In this document: positions 60,172 through 64,000 of the stretch, piece after piece
Position numbering within the stretch: position 1 is the first letter of the stretch
Layout: each line of letters begins with the position of its first letter
Source of the DNA: Microcoleus sp.
GTDB taxonomy: Bacteria > Cyanobacteriota > Cyanobacteriia > Cyanobacteriales > Microcoleaceae
Direction of reading: 5' to 3'
DNA: 64,000 nt
Assembly: GCA_052279835.1 (NCBI GenBank)
Contig: CP181291.1
Location: 1,248,001 to 1,312,000, forward strand
Translations under genes and position numbers: made by a program
Notes under the pieces: generated by a model
The model's database searches: none
Seen by the model: the letters and a program-made list of their open reading frames with translations, nothing else
Told to the model about the DNA's origin: nothing

Positions 60172-61755
60172 ATGTACTTAAAGTATGAAGATATCAGAAG
60201 AGTCAGCGTAGAGATTACCTCCCGATGCAATGCCGCTTGTCCCCAATGTCCCCGCACTGACAACCCGATTTTACCGATGGCAGAATTAAAGATGGAGGAT
60301 ATTGAGAGAATTTTCCCCAAAGAGTTTTGCTCTCAGTTGGATTTGGTATATATGTGCGGCAATTACGGCGATGCTATGACTAGCAATACTACAATTCCGG
60401 CGATCGAATATTGGCACCGCATGGGCGTTCCTCATGTCGGGCTGTACACCAATGGTAGCGGACGCAACCCGGACTGGTGGCAATCTCTGGCAAAGGCGAT
60501 GACAGGAGAACACGACAGCGTAACTTTTAGTATCGATGGCTTGGCAGATACTAACAGCATTTACCGCAAAAATACTAACTGGGATAAGATAATGCAGTCG
60601 GTTAATGCCTTTATCCAAGCTGGCGGAAAAGCTATCTGGCATTACTTAATTTTTGAACACAACCAACATCAAGTAGAATCGGCTCGCGCTTTAGCTAAAG
60701 AATTAGGATTTGCAGAGTTTGTACCGAAAGCTACCTCTCGTTTTGTGGCGAAAGAACTTTATGAAAAAGATTCTGCAATTCCACAGGATCGGCAGGCAGA
60801 AAACTCTCAAGTAGATGCTAATAATTCTAACCAAAATCAACCCGCAACAAGTAATGCGTCAGCCCCTCAAAATCAAGCACAGACGGCTGTTGGCTTGCAC
60901 CGACAAGCGGAGGAGTGTTTGAGACAAGGACAGCTCTCAGAGGCGATCGCAGCCAGCCAACAAGCCCTAAAAATTCAACCGGATTTTGCAGCCGCCTACA
61001 AAACTTTAGGCAACGCTGTTCAAGGTTTGGGGCGGATGCAAGCAGCAGCAGACTGTTATTCTAAAGCGCTGCAAATTCAGCCTAATTTTCCCGAAGTTTA
61101 TGCTAATGTCGGCAGTCTTTATGCTCAACAGCAACAGTGGCAGCCAGCTAGTGCTTATTACCAAAAGGCGATCGAGCTTAAACCCAATTTTGCAGGAGCT
61201 TATCGCAATTTAGCTAAAGTCTTGACGCAGTTGGGACAACCAGAAAAAGCAAATTATGCTTGGTATCAAGCTATAGCTATCGAAACCTCTCAAGCATCCG
61301 AACTAACTCAGCCTGTGCCTTCAAAGCCAGCCAGCGAAGAACTCCAACCCCCATCGTTGGAACAATATCAAAATCCACAGGGATCTGAATTTCTGAAAGT
61401 TGTAGAAACCTACGGAGGCCTAAACAATTACTACCGCAATGTAGAAATTAGCTGCCAAACTCAAGCCAGTAAAGATATTTTCATCAGTTTTGAAGCGGAA
61501 CTCTGGCCCTGTTGTTGGGTCAGCCATACTAAATACGCTGTTTACAACCATACTTACAGGCCGCAGATGTTGGCTTTACTTGAAAAGTACGGAGAGGGCT
61601 TTAATTCTCTCAAAACTCAATCTGTTAAAGATGCCTTAGAAAGTGATTGGTTTCGTCAAGACCTCACAGCTAGTTTTTCCTGTTCTAAAAGGTTGGATGT
61701 CTGCGCTCACGAATGCGGTAAAACTTTTAATTCCACGGGTTCGCAGTATATCTAA
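60172..61755 (+). CDS. Radical SAM enzyme with an internal TPR block and C-terminal Cys-rich (SPASM/Twitch-like) domain
   Basis: CNAACPQC, CGNYGD, TNGS, FSIDG; about four TPRs; then ISCQ..WPCCW..C...VCAHECG. Confidence 0.85.
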   Translation: MYLKYEDIRRVSVEITSRCNAACPQCPRTDNPILPMAELKMEDIERIFPKEFCSQLDLVYMCGNYGDAMTSNTTIPAIEYWHRMGVPHVGLYTNGSGRNPDWWQSLAKAMTGEHDSVTFSIDGLADTNSIYRKNTNWDKIMQSVNAFIQAGGKAIWHYLIFEHNQHQVESARALAKELGFAEFVPKATSRFVAKELYEKDSAIPQDRQAENSQVDANNSNQNQPATSNASAPQNQAQTAVGLHRQAEECLRQGQLSEAIAASQQALKIQPDFAAAYKTLGNAVQGLGRMQAAADCYSKALQIQPNFPEVYANVGSLYAQQQQWQPASAYYQKAIELKPNFAGAYRNLAKVLTQLGQPEKANYAWYQAIAIETSQASELTQPVPSKPASEELQPPSLEQYQNPQGSEFLKVVETYGGLNNYYRNVEISCQTQASKDIFISFEAELWPCCWVSHTKYAVYNHTYRPQMLALLEKYGEGFNSLKTQSVKDALESDWFRQDLTASFSCSKRLDVCAHECGKTFNSTGSQYI

Positions 61756-61839
61756 TTAGGAAGAAACAATAACAGTTTGTTGAAATATTCCAATTTCAGC
61801 TATAATAGGTAAAACACTTCAAAACCACGAGGACTAATA

Positions 61840-62959
61840 GTGGAAATTCTAGATATCAAACACAACATCGAAACATTGTCCGATCGCCTGGGTAAAACCC
61901 AGGACTATCTTTGACATCCCCGCACTATCGGCAAAAATCCAAGATTTAGAGCAAATAGCCGCTCAACCAGCTTTTTGGGACGACCAAAATCAAGCCCAAG
62001 TAACTCTCCAAGAACTTAACGACCTCAAATCTCACTTAGAGCAATATCATGGCTGGCAAAATAGCTTGGAAGATGCCAGAGCTATCTTAGAATTGCTAGA
62101 ACTAGAAGCCGATGAATCCCTGTTTCAAGAAGCCTCTTCCAATCTTTCTCAGTTAACTCGCGACCTCGATTTGTGGGAACTGCAACAGTTGTTGTCAGGG
62201 CCCTACGACCAAAGTGGCGCTGTTTTAACAATTAATGCTGGTGCCGGCGGTACTGATGCTCAAGATTGGGCAGAAATGCTGATGCGGATGTACACGCGCT
62301 GGGGAGAAAGTCAAGGTTACAAAGTACATTTAACCGAATTTTCTGAAGGAGAAGAAGCAGGCATAAAATCTGCAACTTTGGAAATTGCCGGCCGCTACGC
62401 TTACGGTTATTTGCGATCGGAAAAAGGCACTCACAGGTTGGTCAGAATTTCGCCTTTCAATGCTAACGACAAGCGTCAAACCAGTTTTGCCGGTGTCGAA
62501 GTGATGCCAATACTCGATCGCTCAGTACAGTTAGACATCCCTGAAAAAGACCTGGAAATCACCACTTCCCGCGCAGGTGGCAAGGGCGGGCAAAATGTTA
62601 ACAAGGTAGAAACGGCTGTCCGCATCGTTCACCTGCCGACAGGTTTAGCCGTGCGCTGTACCGAAGAACGCAGTCAGTTGCAAAATAAGGAAAAAGCCCT
62701 CGCCTTGCTTAAATCCAGGCTGTTGGTGATTGCGAAGGAACAGCGGGCTTCGGAAATTGCCGAAATTCGGGGCGACATCGTGGAGGCGGCTTGGGGCCAG
62801 CAAATTCGCAACTATGTTTTTCACCCCTATCAAATGGTCAAGGATGTGCGGACTGGTGTGGAAACAACCGCCATTACCGATGTGATGAACGGTGAATTAG
62901 ACCCGTTTATTCAAGCTTACCTCCGCCAGGAAAATCAGTTGGTCGCCCAAACCTCTTGA
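61840..62959 (+). CDS. prfB: Peptide chain release factor 2 with programmed +1 frameshift
   Basis: GTG 61840 (RBS GAGG), 24 codons to CTT TGA C; the +1 frame continues to SPF and GGQ motifs. Confidence 0.96.
61901..61915 (+). promoter_or_regulatory. RF2 autoregulatory frameshift site
   Basis: AGGACTAT-CTTTGAC. Confidence 0.93.
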
Positions 62960-63108
62960 ACCAGTACCCGCAATCGCAGCGGTTGGTAGTGAGGACTTAA
63001 GTTGTCACTACCAACCAATTTGATGGTATAATTTTGAGGTTTTGGGCGATCGCGCGGCGAAAACCTTGATATGATAAAAATCGATCTCACAAACACTAAG
63101 GAGAAAGA

Positions 63109-63303
63109 ATGACCCAAGTTGTAATCGGCGAAAACGAAGGGATTGAGTCAGCCCTACGACGGTTCAAGCGACAAGTTTCCAAAGCGGGAATTTTCCCTGA
63201 CATGAGAAAGCACCGCCACTTTGAAACCCCCTTGGAAAAGCAAAAGCGCAAAGCGATTGCTAGAAGAACAAAAAGACGCTTCCACCGCAACAACAAGCCC
63301 TAG
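63109..63303 (+). CDS. rpsU: 30S ribosomal protein S21
   Basis: [20 protein letters not shown]...HFETP; RBS AAGGAG. Confidence 0.95.
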   Translation: MTQVVIGENEGIESALRRFKRQVSKAGIFPDMRKHRHFETPLEKQKRKAIARRTKRRFHRNNKP

Positions 63304-63305
63304 AA

Positions 63306-64000
63306 TTAGGGGCTAATTGATTCGGCAGATATAATTCCTTGGGATTCTAGTACCGCAGCGACTCGGAGAATCACCGCTTCGCTGTAGGGAGCACCAATAA
63401 TTTGCACCCCCAAGGGCAAAGCCCCTGGGCGCTTAACGGGCACGCAAAGTACGGGCAAGCCAATAAATGATAGGGGTTGGGTGAAGATTCCCAGATTGGG
63501 ACGCACTCTTGTTTCTTGTCCGGCTATGACCATTTTCTCTATGCCAATTAAAGGGGCAGTAATCGGAGTGGCGGGCGCGAGAATAATATCTATTTGTTGC
63601 CATATTTCGCGCAGGCGATCGCGATACCACTGTCTGAATCTCTGCGCTTGCAAGTACCAAGCCGCCGGGATTAGAGCTCCTGCTAAAAAACGATCGCGCG
63701 TCGCCGGATCGAAATCTTGAGGGCGCGATCGCAAATTCTCTAAATGCAAATTTGCCCCTTCACAGGCGGTAATGATAAATGCAGCAGCCCGCGCGCGATC
63801 GGATTCCGGTATGCTGACAGTTCCAAGCCCCCCAATTTTCGGGGGGTTTGTTGTTATTTTTACTGTCTCGTTACCACAATTTAAGACATTTGTCAAGGCT
63901 TGGGCAACTATTTCTACTGCATCCAATGCTTCCGGTTCGGCCCCTGTAGTGAAATACCCATCAGCAACCGCAATTCGCAATCCGGCAATTCCTCGATCTA
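63306..64000 (-). CDS. Amidase signature enzyme (AtzE-like), 3' part only
   Basis: LRIAVADGYF, ILAPATP, FTQPLSFIGLP, LPLGVQIIG; runs off the window edge. Confidence 0.85.
   Translation of the reverse strand, partial: DRGIAGLRIAVADGYFTTGAEPEALDAVEIVAQALTNVLNCGNETVKITTNPPKIGGLGTVSIPESDRARAAAFIITACEGANLHLENLRSRPQDFDPATRDRFLAGALIPAAWYLQAQRFRQWYRDRLREIWQQIDIILAPATPITAPLIGIEKMVIAGQETRVRPNLGIFTQPLSFIGLPVLCVPVKRPGALPLGVQIIGAPYSEAVILRVAAVLESQGIISAESISP

Overview
This is chromosomal DNA from a filamentous cyanobacterium. It looks like Oscillatoriales (Microcoleus/Tychonema type), judging by abundant HIP1 GCGATCGC, heptamer STRR arrays and REP/MITE-like repeats. Most of the window is housekeeping and signalling genes: mutS2, ppk1, ugd, uxs, lepA, nfuA-like, GH57, glgA, chlD, prfB with its programmed +1 frameshift, rpsU, exbBD, an hli gene with an HLR1 box, and several histidine kinases. 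The accessory material includes a controller-REase-MTase type II restriction-modification island with three C-boxes, an intact IS630 carrying an internal CGATCG repeat array, a large NACHT-HEAT STAND protein, and a five-copy 112-bp tandem repeat spanning the exbB-exbD junction. The best candidate for an undescribed system is a two-gene unit at 45177-47112: a Swt1-like HEPN nuclease domain fused to a partly degenerate RNase III-dsRBD, followed 40 bp later by a canonical RNase III paralog. Four genes (aldehyde dehydrogenase, GH57, a PAS kinase, chlD) carry single extra bases in short homopolymers, most likely sequencing errors. No rRNA, tRNA or CRISPR array was recognised. Family and DUF names are from motif recognition only, and no database search was run.
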